64,000 nt of DNA, taken from an uncultured Alphaproteobacteria bacterium (lineage in GTDB: Bacteria; Pseudomonadota; Alphaproteobacteria; Rs-D84). The notes under the pieces are model-generated. The model did not search any database. It saw nothing but the letters and a program-made list of their open reading frames with translations, and was not told the DNA's origin. Shown here in pieces: positions 17,122-25,017 of the stretch (position 1 is the stretch's first letter; every line of letters starts with the position of its first letter). The stretch lies in assembly GCA_934230415.1 (NCBI GenBank), contig CAKQEW010000004.1, positions 1,445 through 65,444 of the forward strand, in the 5' to 3' direction. Made by a program: the position numbers and the translations under genes.

Positions 17122-17466
17122 TTATCGTTTCAATAATTCACTGCGCAATTCGCGGGTGTTGCGCACAATTGTGCCAATCATTTGCTCTATCTTGTCATAA
17201 TCCAGAACGCGACATGGTGCATTTGGAAACCCATTTTCAAAGAATGGTGCGACGGATATTTCCATTGCGTCTGCGAATTGACACATACGCCACAGGGAAA
17301 TACGGCTGTCGCCAGATTCGTATTTTTGAACCTGTTGAAATGTTATTCCGGTACGCGTGGCCAGTTCTTTTTGTGTAATCCCCATCATCAGTCGCGCCCG
17401 GCGCAGGAACAATCCGGCCTGGCGGTTAAATTCATTTTCAGCCATGGTTTTTGTAATCGCGGTCAT
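17122..17466 (-). CDS. XRE-family HTH transcriptional regulator
   Basis: LRRARLMMGITQKELATRTGITFQQVQKYESG is a classic HTH_3 motif. Confidence 0.8.
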   Translation of the reverse strand: MTAITKTMAENEFNRQAGLFLRRARLMMGITQKELATRTGITFQQVQKYESGDSRISLWRMCQFADAMEISVAPFFENGFPNAPCRVLDYDKIEQMIGTIVRNTRELRSELLKR

Positions 17467-17484
17467 ATTTCCCCCATATATAAA

Positions 17485-17654
17485 ATAAAAACCACCAGAT
17501 ACATTCGGGTGGTTGGAGGTTAAGAACTAAGCAAGATGTTAGTGCTGTTTATTTGATATTCAACAGCCCTCCAACCGACGGTTGGAGGTTTTTTGTGTCC
17601 CCACGGACAATCTTGCCGGAGTTCTTACACCCCACAATGGTAACACACCATTGC
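17485..17654 (-). ncRNA. Candidate attenuator-like leader / sRNA, copy B
   Basis: Minus-strand promoter TTGTGT-17-TATAAT (-10 at 17661-17666). 5' hairpin CAATGGT-gtgt-TACCATTG, perfect 9-bp hairpin CCUCCAACC-guc-GGUUGGAGG, second CCUCCAACC, terminator plus U-run ending ~18 nt before the XRE start codon. Confidence 0.45.
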
Positions 17655-17698
17655 GCACATATTATACAATCTGGGGCGTAAAAACACAAGGAATCATT

Positions 17699-17881
17699 AA
17701 AAAAAACGCCGCCGGTCGCCCGGCGGTGTTTCCGAATGCCCTGAAAGGAAGGAAAGGAGAAAAAGAAATGGGCATTCTAAACTAAATTGGGTTGGGGCCC
17801 AGAGTCCAGAGGAGAGAGAATGTAGGAGGGAGTCTGAATCCCTGAACCCCGTGTCAATCGGGTTTGCACCCCCTTTTGACG
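17699..17881 (-). ncRNA. Candidate sRNA C with pyrimidine-rich (anti-SD-like) loop
   Basis: Minus-strand TTGACA (17911-17916)-17-TACATT (17888-17893). An 8-bp stem GAAUGCCC/GGGCAUUC encloses the loop AUUUCUUUUUCUCCUUUCCUUCCUUUCA. Strong terminator CACCGCCGG-loop-CCGGCGGCG-U8 at 17699-17728. Confidence 0.3.
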
Positions 17882-17909
17882 AATCGAAATGTAATACAAA
17901 TTTTTTCAT

Positions 17910-17945
17910 TTGTCAAGATTAATTGTCAAAAAATTTTTTTGACAA
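17910..17945. promoter_or_regulatory. TTGTCAA / TTGACAA half-site cluster including a 23-nt palindrome
   Basis: TTGTCAA at 17910 and 17923; TTGTCAAAAAATTTTTTTGACAA at 17923-17945. Lies between candidate sRNA C and the repressor-like gene. Confidence 0.3.
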
Positions 17946-18079
17946 TTTTTATAGGTCGTTTTTCCGGTCGGATTTATTGCCTAACCCGTTGAAAGTCCTA
18001 GGAAATGGTGCTTGTTGTGGGTCGGGGCGCCGCGTCATAGAATATATGTGCAGGCAATAAGAAACAGAGGAGAAATCAC

Positions 18080-18322
18080 ATGACACACGAAGATGTATGG
18101 CGCGCCATAGAACGTTTCGCCAATGAACACGGAATGTCGTGTTCGGGTCTGGCCAAGTGCAGTGGGTTGGATCCGACCACATTTAATCGCAGTAAACGCT
18201 ATTCGCGCGCGGGGCAACCGCGCTGGCCATCAACCAACAGCATTTCAAAGATACTGTCATCCACTGGGGCGAATATCGCGGATTTTACCAAGTTTATTGA
18301 AAAATGTCCGGGTCACGATTAA
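18080..18322 (+). CDS. Short HTH protein resembling the N-terminal domain of alphaproteobacterial S24/LexA-like prophage repressors
   Basis: VWRAIERFANEHGMSCSGLAKCSGLDPTTFNRSKR....RWPSTNSISKIL. No S24 peptidase domain follows. Confidence 0.6.
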   Translation: MTHEDVWRAIERFANEHGMSCSGLAKCSGLDPTTFNRSKRYSRAGQPRWPSTNSISKILSSTGANIADFTKFIEKCPGHD

Positions 18323-18831
18323 ATCTGGGTATGTTTTTACAAATGTCACCGCGGGCGCGTCCTGCGGTGATTTTTATGGACAATCGGGCACACGTCGTTT
18401 ATCCTGGACATATGTTAACAGGAATTCGGATTTATTCATCTGATAAAATATGGCGGCATGTGCTGGCCAATCTGAATGCAACGGTACTGGATGCGCCGGA
18501 CGTGACCGCGGTGAATATGGATGATTTGGATGTGCGTTCGCAATGCACCCCCACGGAATTAAAGGCGGCAATTCTGGGCGCGATGGATAACAGCGATATT
18601 ATTCGCGGTGTATTTGGGCGTGATGTCGCATTGGCCCGAATCCCGCGCCAGATTATAATATTGTTGGCGCAAACGGGTGGTATGCGCGCCGCAGATCTGA
18701 AGGTTGCCCTGGGGTATTCCCCAAATGCCACAACGCATACGGTGGATACGGCGATATATCAACTGCGCCGGACATTCGGACATAACATCGTTCAAAATGA
18801 AAATGGGGTGTATAAAATTGGCCGGATATAA
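18304..18831 (+). CDS. Putative winged-helix (OmpR/PhoB C-terminal-like) DNA-binding protein; start uncertain
   Basis: C-terminal TVDTAIYQLRRTFGHNIVQNENGVYKIG resembles the Trans_reg_C recognition helix and wing. Several in-frame Met candidates (18376, 18412). Confidence 0.45.
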   Translation: MSGSRLNLGMFLQMSPRARPAVIFMDNRAHVVYPGHMLTGIRIYSSDKIWRHVLANLNATVLDAPDVTAVNMDDLDVRSQCTPTELKAAILGAMDNSDIIRGVFGRDVALARIPRQIIILLAQTGGMRAADLKVALGYSPNATTHTVDTAIYQLRRTFGHNIVQNENGVYKIGRI

Positions 18832-19486
18832 ACTGATTTCATTTGATAAAATTCCCAGTACCCAGACATATGCCATGGATATGGTCGCACGTGGTATCGC
18901 GCGCGACCACACCGTCGTCATGGCCGAAGCGCAATCGGCGGGGCGTGGGCGGTATCGCCGGACATGGGTGTCGCATCATGGTAACCTGTACGCCAGTTTT
19001 ATTTATCACGCCGAAGAACGCAATCCGAAATTATCATATATGGTCGCGGTTGCAATTGCGGAAACGATTTTGTCGTTTGGTATAACGCCATCAATCAAAT
19101 GGCCGAACGATATTCTGATTGATGGGAAAAAGGTCTGTGGTGTTCTGATTGAATATGCCGGCGCATTTGTAATTGTGGGAATTGGCATAAACATCAAATC
19201 AAACCCAACGGTCGCAGAAAACAAGACAACAAAATTGGAAAATTACGCCGATGTCCAGAAATCAGAATTACTGACGCGCCTGATGCGTAACTTGGATAAA
19301 TGGATGCGTACCGATTTTGTTAATGTGCGTGCACGTTGGATGGAATTGGCCGCCGGTCTGCACAAGATTGTAAAGTACCGGGGCGAGGCCGTTGAACTGA
19401 TTGGTATTAACGATAATGGTGCGCTGGTTTTGCGACGTGATACAGAATATTTCTTGGCATATGGTGATGAAATCAGTATGAAATAA
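18803..19486 (+). CDS. birA: Biotin--[acetyl-CoA-carboxylase] ligase
   Basis: SFDKIPSTQTY, AEAQSAGRGRYRRTWVS (GRGRxGR motif), KWPNDILIDGKKVCGVLIE. Confidence 0.85.
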   Translation: MGCIKLAGYKLISFDKIPSTQTYAMDMVARGIARDHTVVMAEAQSAGRGRYRRTWVSHHGNLYASFIYHAEERNPKLSYMVAVAIAETILSFGITPSIKWPNDILIDGKKVCGVLIEYAGAFVIVGIGINIKSNPTVAENKTTKLENYADVQKSELLTRLMRNLDKWMRTDFVNVRARWMELAAGLHKIVKYRGEAVELIGINDNGALVLRRDTEYFLAYGDEISMK

Positions 19487-19530
19487 ATGCCAGATTTCTG
19501 CGGGTTGTGGGGCGTGTCAAAAATACACGC

Positions 19531-19559
19531 TTGACTTTTATTGCGATTTGTGATACTAT
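19531..19559 (+). promoter_or_regulatory. Consensus-like promoter TTGACT-17-TACTAT
   Basis: -35 at 19531-19536, -10 at 19554-19559, 17-nt spacer. Confidence 0.5.
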
Positions 19560-19585
19560 ATGACACATCAACAAGCAAGATTCTG

Positions 19586-19607
19586 TCCGCATATAGCGGA
19601 TTTTTTT
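19586..19607 (+). terminator. Intrinsic terminator 1 upstream of the lysis genes
   Basis: TCCGC-atata-GCGGA followed by T7. Confidence 0.55.
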
Positions 19608-19619
19608 ATGCTGTTTTTT

Positions 19620-19648
19620 GACCGCGAATTTCATCGCGGTCTTTTTTT
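19620..19648 (+). terminator. Intrinsic terminator 2 upstream of the lysis genes
   Basis: 8-bp stem GACCGCGA-atttca-TCGCGGTC followed by T7. Only 24 nt remain before the endolysin ATG. Confidence 0.8.
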
Positions 19649-19671
19649 ACGCAATACGGGGGAAAATAAAA

Positions 19672-20076
19672 ATGGAACTGATTTTGAATCCAGACCATAC
19701 GCGTGGCGATGCATACAAAATTGCGCGTGTTGTTTATGCCGAAACAGGTGCGACATCGTTGCCATTGGTTGAAGGATTCGCATCAATGATTGCAAATATC
19801 GCACGTGCACGTGGTATATCACCCGTAATGGTTGTGTCTGATGAAAATACGTTTGGTGCGCTGCGTCCGAATAATTCGCGTCATGGCGCATTAAATGTAC
19901 GGCCAGATTCACGTGCGTTTCAAATGTGCCTGCGTGTGGTGACGCGAATGCTGCATGGAAATTTACCAGATTGCTGTAATGGCGCAACACGTTTCCATCG
20001 TGATGATGAAATGCCAGATTGGGCAACATCGCGTGGATATATCGCCGATATTGATGGTGTGCTGTTTTATTTGTAG
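19672..20076 (+). CDS. Cell-wall hydrolase, SleB / Hydrolase_2 family (endolysin)
   Basis: IARVVYAETGATS...MIANIARARG...ATRFHRDDEMPDWA pattern of SleB-type amidase/lysin domains. Confidence 0.75.
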   Translation: MELILNPDHTRGDAYKIARVVYAETGATSLPLVEGFASMIANIARARGISPVMVVSDENTFGALRPNNSRHGALNVRPDSRAFQMCLRVVTRMLHGNLPDCCNGATRFHRDDEMPDWATSRGYIADIDGVLFYL

Positions 20077-20086
20077 TGGTGGTGAT

Positions 20087-20290
20087 ATGCAAAAAATAAT
20101 TAATGGTGGTTTTTTGTCGGACCGGCGCACGCAAATAATGTCATGTGTTGGCGTGTTATCAGCGGTGGCGGCATATGTGGTCGGTGACACGGATGTGTTT
20201 GTCATGTTACAGACGATATTCACATTGGGTGGAATTTATTTTATGAACAAACAAAAAAACAAAGGACATGATGATGGAACAAATTCCTGA
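20087..20290 (+). CDS. Holin-like small membrane protein (two predicted TM helices)
   Basis: 67 aa; GGTGGTGA RBS; hydrophobic stretches IMSCVGVLSAVAAYVV and VFVMLQTIFTLGGIYFM; charged C-terminus; lies directly after the endolysin. Confidence 0.5.
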   Translation: MQKIINGGFLSDRRTQIMSCVGVLSAVAAYVVGDTDVFVMLQTIFTLGGIYFMNKQKNKGHDDGTNS

Positions 20291-20930
20291 AAAATTTAAA
20301 AATTCTGATGGAACATTAAACACAGATGCATTATTGAAATCTTATTCTGAATTGGAAAAGAAAATCGGAACGATGATATCAATACCATCATCCGACAGTG
20401 ATGATGCCGCGCGTGCACGATTTAATCATGCAATTGGTGTGCCCGAATCGGCCGATGAATATCCACAAAATGATTTGTTTGATGATGCTGATGTGCGTAA
20501 AAAATTCTGGGACATAGGTTTAACTTCATCCCAGGTTGAAAAAATTTATCAGGTTGCCCAGGATTTTTTATCACCTGTGTTGTCTGATTTATTTACAGCA
20601 CAACAAACAGAATCAGCAATATCAGAATTGCGAAATTATTTTGGTGGTGATGAAAAAATGCAAACGGCAATGCGTGAAATAAATGCGTTTGGTACGCGTT
20701 TCTTGCCCGCGGATGCGTTTGATGAATTATGTTCCAGTCCCCAGGGAATCCAAGGTGTTTATCAAATGATGCAATCAATGGAACCACATGTACAAACGTC
20801 CGATGCGAATGATACAAATTTATCAGATAATGATTTGCGACGCATGATGCGTAATCCAAAATATTGGCGCGATCATGATTCTGAATACGTGCGAAAAATT
20901 GAAAACGGTTTTAAAAAATTATATTCGTGA
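20268..20930 (+). CDS. Putative phage scaffolding protein
   Basis: N-terminus IPEKFKNSDGTLNTDALLKSYSELEKKIG recalls podovirus scaffold/assembly proteins. Acidic and helical; positioned before the capsid gene. Confidence 0.5.
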   Translation: MMMEQIPEKFKNSDGTLNTDALLKSYSELEKKIGTMISIPSSDSDDAARARFNHAIGVPESADEYPQNDLFDDADVRKKFWDIGLTSSQVEKIYQVAQDFLSPVLSDLFTAQQTESAISELRNYFGGDEKMQTAMREINAFGTRFLPADAFDELCSSPQGIQGVYQMMQSMEPHVQTSDANDTNLSDNDLRRMMRNPKYWRDHDSEYVRKIENGFKKLYS

Positions 20931-21036
20931 TGAAAAATTTTCACTTTCTTCTTTACTAACTTTTATGTTTCATATAAAATATAAAGTAAGAACAAAAAAA
21001 TTTGTTCTATCCAAAAAAATATAAAAGGAGAGAAGA

Positions 21037-21387
21037 ATGGCATTCACATTCTTGAAACCAGCAGCGAAAAAAATTGCTGCGAAAAAACCGGCTGCAAAAC
21101 CAGCAGCAAAAAAAACTGTTGCAAAACCAGCTGCTAAAAAAGTAGCGGCGAAACCAGCAGCAAAGAAAGTTGCGGTTAAAAAGCCAGCGGCGAAAAAACC
21201 AGTCGCAAAGAAAGTCGTTGCGAAAAAACCGGTTGCTAAAAAACCAGTCGCAAAGAAAGTTGTTGCGAAAAAGCCAGCGGCAAAAAAGCCAGTTGCAGTG
21301 AAAAAACCAGTTGCTAAAAAAGCACCTGCGAAAAAAGTCGCTGTGAAAAAGCCTGTTGCGAAAAAAGCACCGGCCAAGAAAAAATAA
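21037..21387 (+). CDS. Lys/Ala/Pro-rich histone H1-like protein (AKKPAAKK repeats)
   Basis: 116 aa made almost entirely of degenerate (P/V)AAKK(P/V)(A/V) repeats. Strong RBS AAGGAGAG; own terminators downstream. Confidence 0.75.
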   Translation: MAFTFLKPAAKKIAAKKPAAKPAAKKTVAKPAAKKVAAKPAAKKVAVKKPAAKKPVAKKVVAKKPVAKKPVAKKVVAKKPAAKKPVAVKKPVAKKAPAKKVAVKKPVAKKAPAKKK

Positions 21388-21396
21388 TAAATATTT

Positions 21397-21419
21397 CCCC
21401 ATCGTTTGATGGGGTTTTT
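21397..21419 (+). terminator. Intrinsic terminator
   Basis: ccccatcgtttgatgggg plus T5. Confidence 0.75.
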
Positions 21420-21432
21420 AATTGAAAAAATT

Positions 21433-21468
21433 TTCAGTCGTATCATGTATGCGACTGAATCTTTTTTT
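21433..21468 (+). terminator. Second tandem intrinsic terminator
   Basis: TTCAGTCG-11 nt-CGACTGAA followed by cT7. Confidence 0.65.
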
Positions 21469-21597
21469 ACGGACAATTTCGGGTAACCGAAACCCGCATG
21501 TGTTTGTCATGTGGCGCGATTTCGCATAACCGTGTGATGAATTTTTGTCGGCGCATTTTTGCGTCTGTTTTTATTTATAACCAATGGGGGATTTTTT

Positions 21598-22428
21598 ATG
21601 TCTGTTTCCATAGATAATGTTTTTATTAAACAGTTTGAGGCAGATGTTCATCTGGCATATCAACAGATGGGCACAAAACTGCGCGGGACCGTACGCAGCA
21701 AATCGGGTGTCGTCGGTGCATCCACAACATTTCAAAAGGTTGGACGCGGAACCGCGGCAACAAAATCACGTCATGGCATTGTGCCGGTTATGAACCTGAA
21801 CCATGAACCGGTGGAATGCACATTACAGGATTATTATGCCGGCGATTGGGTTGATGCATTGGATGAATTGAAAACCAATGTTGATGAACGCCGTGTCGTG
21901 GCATGTGCCGGTGCGTACGCGTTGGGTCGCAAAACCGATGAATTGATTGTGAACGCAATGTCGGGCGCAACAACATCGGTTGGTGATTATTCCCAGGGAT
22001 TAAGTAAATCGCTGATTTTATCCGCGGTTGAACAATTAAATGCCAAAGATATCCCAGATGATGGCCGCCGTTTCGCGGTTGTTGGCGTGCACCAGTGGAA
22101 TGAATTACTGGGGATTAACGAATTTGTTTCTGCGGATTACGTTGGTGATGATTTGCCATTGATTTCTGGGGGCGCATCCAAAAAATGGTTGGGTATCACA
22201 TGGGTTCTGTACAACGCATTGCCGTTGACCAGCACGACCCAGCGTGATTGCTTTATTTACCACGCAACCAGTATCGGTCATGCCTGTGGCCAGGAAGTCA
22301 AAACAGATATTTCATGGCATGGTGAACGTGCGGCGCACTTTATCAGCAACAGTATGTCCCAGGGCGCCGTTCTGATTGATGGTGATGGTATCGTTCGTAT
22401 TAAATGCAAAGATACCGATGCCGATTAA
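21598..22428 (+). CDS. Putative major capsid protein
   Basis: 277 aa after the scaffold gene. N-terminus FIKQFEADVHLAYQQMGTKLRGTVR..., as recalled from podovirus capsid proteins. The assignment rests mainly on gene position. Confidence 0.55.
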   Translation: MSVSIDNVFIKQFEADVHLAYQQMGTKLRGTVRSKSGVVGASTTFQKVGRGTAATKSRHGIVPVMNLNHEPVECTLQDYYAGDWVDALDELKTNVDERRVVACAGAYALGRKTDELIVNAMSGATTSVGDYSQGLSKSLILSAVEQLNAKDIPDDGRRFAVVGVHQWNELLGINEFVSADYVGDDLPLISGGASKKWLGITWVLYNALPLTSTTQRDCFIYHATSIGHACGQEVKTDISWHGERAAHFISNSMSQGAVLIDGDGIVRIKCKDTDAD

Positions 22429-22463
22429 TGTTCCACATAAATAAACAACCAAAGGAAAAATAA

Positions 22464-22694
22464 ATGGCGTTTCAGAATAAAAATCTGTCTGTAATTGCAT
22501 ATGCAAATGGTTTTACATTGTGGCACTATGCGGAAAACACGACATTGGCAACAATCACGGCCAGTGGGTATTTTAACAATGTCAAAACACTGATGAACGA
22601 TGGCGATATTGTGATTATTAATGCGTCGGATAAAACGGCGATTAAATCCATCGCGATTGCATCTGGGGCGGTTACAACGGCGGCATTGTCGTAA
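22464..22694 (+). CDS. Small virion-module protein (76 aa)
   Basis: Compact ORF between the capsid and tubular A-like genes (SVIAYANGFTLWHY...GDIVIINA). Confidence 0.5.
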   Translation: MAFQNKNLSVIAYANGFTLWHYAENTTLATITASGYFNNVKTLMNDGDIVIINASDKTAIKSIAIASGAVTTAALS

Positions 22695-22754
22695 ATTTTA
22701 TCGGTATTTTATATATGGGTCGGTGTTCGCGCCGGCCCTGTTTTAATCAAAGGA

Positions 22755-23282
22755 ATGATAGGTATGCTGACCAAAATAGATTTATGTTCCATGGCGTTAC
22801 TGAAACTGGGTGAACGTCCGATACAATCGTTGGTTGATGACAGTGCGGCCGCACAACTGGCGCGGACGTTGTTTGATCCGGTGATTGATGCATTGATTGC
22901 GGCGCATCCGTGGCGATTTGCCACGCGCCAAATTCATATGGTAAAAAATTCAGATGGGGATTTTTTAATCCCGGCGGATGTATTACGCGTGATAAAAACG
23001 TGTGGCGATATTGTTGGCAATAAAATTCATGCCCCCACAGATACGATGGATATTGTTGCGTTGGTACGCGTTGCCCCGGATGCATTCCCGGCGTATTTTG
23101 TGTCAGTGGCGGCAACGCGATTGGCCATGGAATTCTGTGTGCCATTGACCGGTGACCAGAATGTATTTCGCATGTTGGCGGCACTGTATGAATCAGAATT
23201 ACAATCGGCGAAATTCACAGACAGTACCACAGCACCGGCGCATGCCATTGATAATTTTTCATTGCTGAATGCACGGTTTTAA
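22755..23282 (+). CDS. Tail tubular protein A / adaptor-like
   Basis: IDLCSMALLKLGERPIQSLVDDSAAAQLARTLFDPVIDALIAAHPWRFA pattern seen in gp11-like proteins of BPP-1/T7-type podoviruses, in the expected position. Confidence 0.55.
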   Translation: MIGMLTKIDLCSMALLKLGERPIQSLVDDSAAAQLARTLFDPVIDALIAAHPWRFATRQIHMVKNSDGDFLIPADVLRVIKTCGDIVGNKIHAPTDTMDIVALVRVAPDAFPAYFVSVAATRLAMEFCVPLTGDQNVFRMLAALYESELQSAKFTDSTTAPAHAIDNFSLLNARF

Positions 23283-23297
23283 TTTCGGGGGACAATT

Positions 23298-24995
23298 ATG
23301 GGAAATTTCGTAAAAACACAAAATTCGTTTGCCAACGGCGACATTGCCCCAGAATTTTATGGCAACGATAATTTGCACGCGTTGTCACGTCTGGAAAATA
23401 TGGACGTGATGGCGGGCGGTGGGCTGTGCCGACGTGCCGGTTTGACCACGGTTACAGAAATTGCATCAGGGGCGCGACTGGTGCCGTTTTCGGCGGGTAT
23501 GTCCCAGAATTACCTGGTGGCGTTGTTGCCGGGACATATGTACCTGTATTATGGTGGCGTGCGTATCCAAGATATTGTTGCGCCATGGACCGCCGATGAC
23601 ATAGCGTCTGTTCAATATGCCCAGCGTTTTGATACCATGATTTTCGTGCATCCAGAATACAGTCCGCGAATACTGCGCCGTCGGGCATCGCAATTCACGT
23701 TGGATGAATTTGCATTTGCGCGAAATGATGCCGATATGTCACGTGCCCAGCCATTCATGCGATTTGATGATACGTCTGATATCACGATTACTGTTACGGC
23801 ACATGCCAGTGGTAATAACTATGCCACATTTACAACCAACCGTGCGTTTTGGAATTCAAATTATGTGAATACGCGCATATTTGCCATGGACCGGCAATGG
23901 ATAATCCAAGAGGTCACAGATTCCACCACCGCCAAGGCATATACCAATGGGCCGTTCACATTGCCATCTGCGCCAATATCAGAATGGCGTGAATCGGCAT
24001 TCAGTGCCGCACGCGGTTGGCCCGTCAGTATCACGTTTCACCAGGACCGTCTGGTATTCGGTGGGTCGCGTGATTATCCGGCGGGCGTATGGATGTCGCG
24101 TACCGGTGCACACACGAACTTTGATGTCGGCACCGGATTGGATGACCAGGCGATTTTTATCACGTTGCTGTCCAGTCAACGTCAACAGATTTGCACCGTG
24201 GTCAGCAGTGATAATCTGCAAATCCTGACCACAGTTGGCGAATGGGCGATTTCCAGCAAACCATTGACACCATCGTCGGTTGACATAAAGCAACACACGT
24301 CTGTGGGCAGTATTGCCACGCGTTTCCTGGCCCCGCAAAAGATAGAGGGCGCAACCGTATTCGTATCCAGAACCGGTCGCGATATTCGCGAATTGGATTT
24401 GGATGAATTAGGCGAAAATTACAACGCCACAGATTTATGCGCGTTTTCAAAACACCTGGTGCAATCGCCGGTTGATATCGCGTACAACAGTGCTGTGCGC
24501 CAAATGTTCGTTGTTCGCACAGATGGCAAAATGGCGGTGTTGAATCAAAACAGCGCGTTGGGGATATCGGCATGGGGACTGTACACGACCGCCGGTGAAT
24601 TCAAATCGGTTGCGGTCTGTGGCGATGAAACATTTGTGCTGGTGGCGCGCGCGGGAAAATTCTGGATTGAAAAATTTGACGCGACGCAAATGTTGGACGC
24701 GGGCGTTTATACGTTTGACGTTGTGGCGGCCGGATTGCCGCTGCGGGCGTCTGGGCATAACGCGATGCGTGTGCGTATCCGCCAGGTATCCGTACGCATA
24801 CGTGATACACGCACGTTGTTTATAAACGGTGTGCGTGCGGCATTGCCGGATGCGACCGGATTCACCGGTGATGTGGCGGTAACAACACTGGGGTGGACGC
24901 GTAATGCCACCGGTGCGCCATGGACAATTCACACAAACGAACCGTTGCCAATGACAATCATGTCGGTCGTCGTGCGCGGATATTACACAATATAA
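23298..24995 (+). CDS. Tail tubular protein B / nozzle-like
   Basis: N-terminus QNSFANGDIAPEFYGNDNLHALSRLENMDVMAGGGLCRRAGL matches the gp12-like N-terminal pattern (NxxxGxxSP...GGxxRRPG). 565 aa. Confidence 0.55.
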   Translation: MGNFVKTQNSFANGDIAPEFYGNDNLHALSRLENMDVMAGGGLCRRAGLTTVTEIASGARLVPFSAGMSQNYLVALLPGHMYLYYGGVRIQDIVAPWTADDIASVQYAQRFDTMIFVHPEYSPRILRRRASQFTLDEFAFARNDADMSRAQPFMRFDDTSDITITVTAHASGNNYATFTTNRAFWNSNYVNTRIFAMDRQWIIQEVTDSTTAKAYTNGPFTLPSAPISEWRESAFSAARGWPVSITFHQDRLVFGGSRDYPAGVWMSRTGAHTNFDVGTGLDDQAIFITLLSSQRQQICTVVSSDNLQILTTVGEWAISSKPLTPSSVDIKQHTSVGSIATRFLAPQKIEGATVFVSRTGRDIRELDLDELGENYNATDLCAFSKHLVQSPVDIAYNSAVRQMFVVRTDGKMAVLNQNSALGISAWGLYTTAGEFKSVAVCGDETFVLVARAGKFWIEKFDATQMLDAGVYTFDVVAAGLPLRASGHNAMRVRIRQVSVRIRDTRTLFINGVRAALPDATGFTGDVAVTTLGWTRNATGAPWTIHTNEPLPMTIMSVVVRGYYTI

Positions 24996-25017
24996 AAATC
25001 AACAACAGGGGGAAATA

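Noticed and set aside
17697-17909. 70-aa minus-strand ORF in the 17.7-17.9 kb intergenic region
   Set aside because: It has no RBS and runs through a terminator hairpin and the pyrimidine loop. The region is better explained as a non-coding RNA unit.
21037-21387. Possible CRISPR-like or tandem-repeat array
   Set aside because: The repeats are short, degenerate and contiguous, have no unique spacers, and translate cleanly into a Lys/Ala/Pro protein.
20970-21476. Minus-strand ORFs of 168 and 131 aa with FFA(T/A)GF-type repeats
   Set aside because: They are the antisense reading of the AAKKPAAKK repeat gene (21037-21387). The plus-strand ORF has the RBS and terminators.
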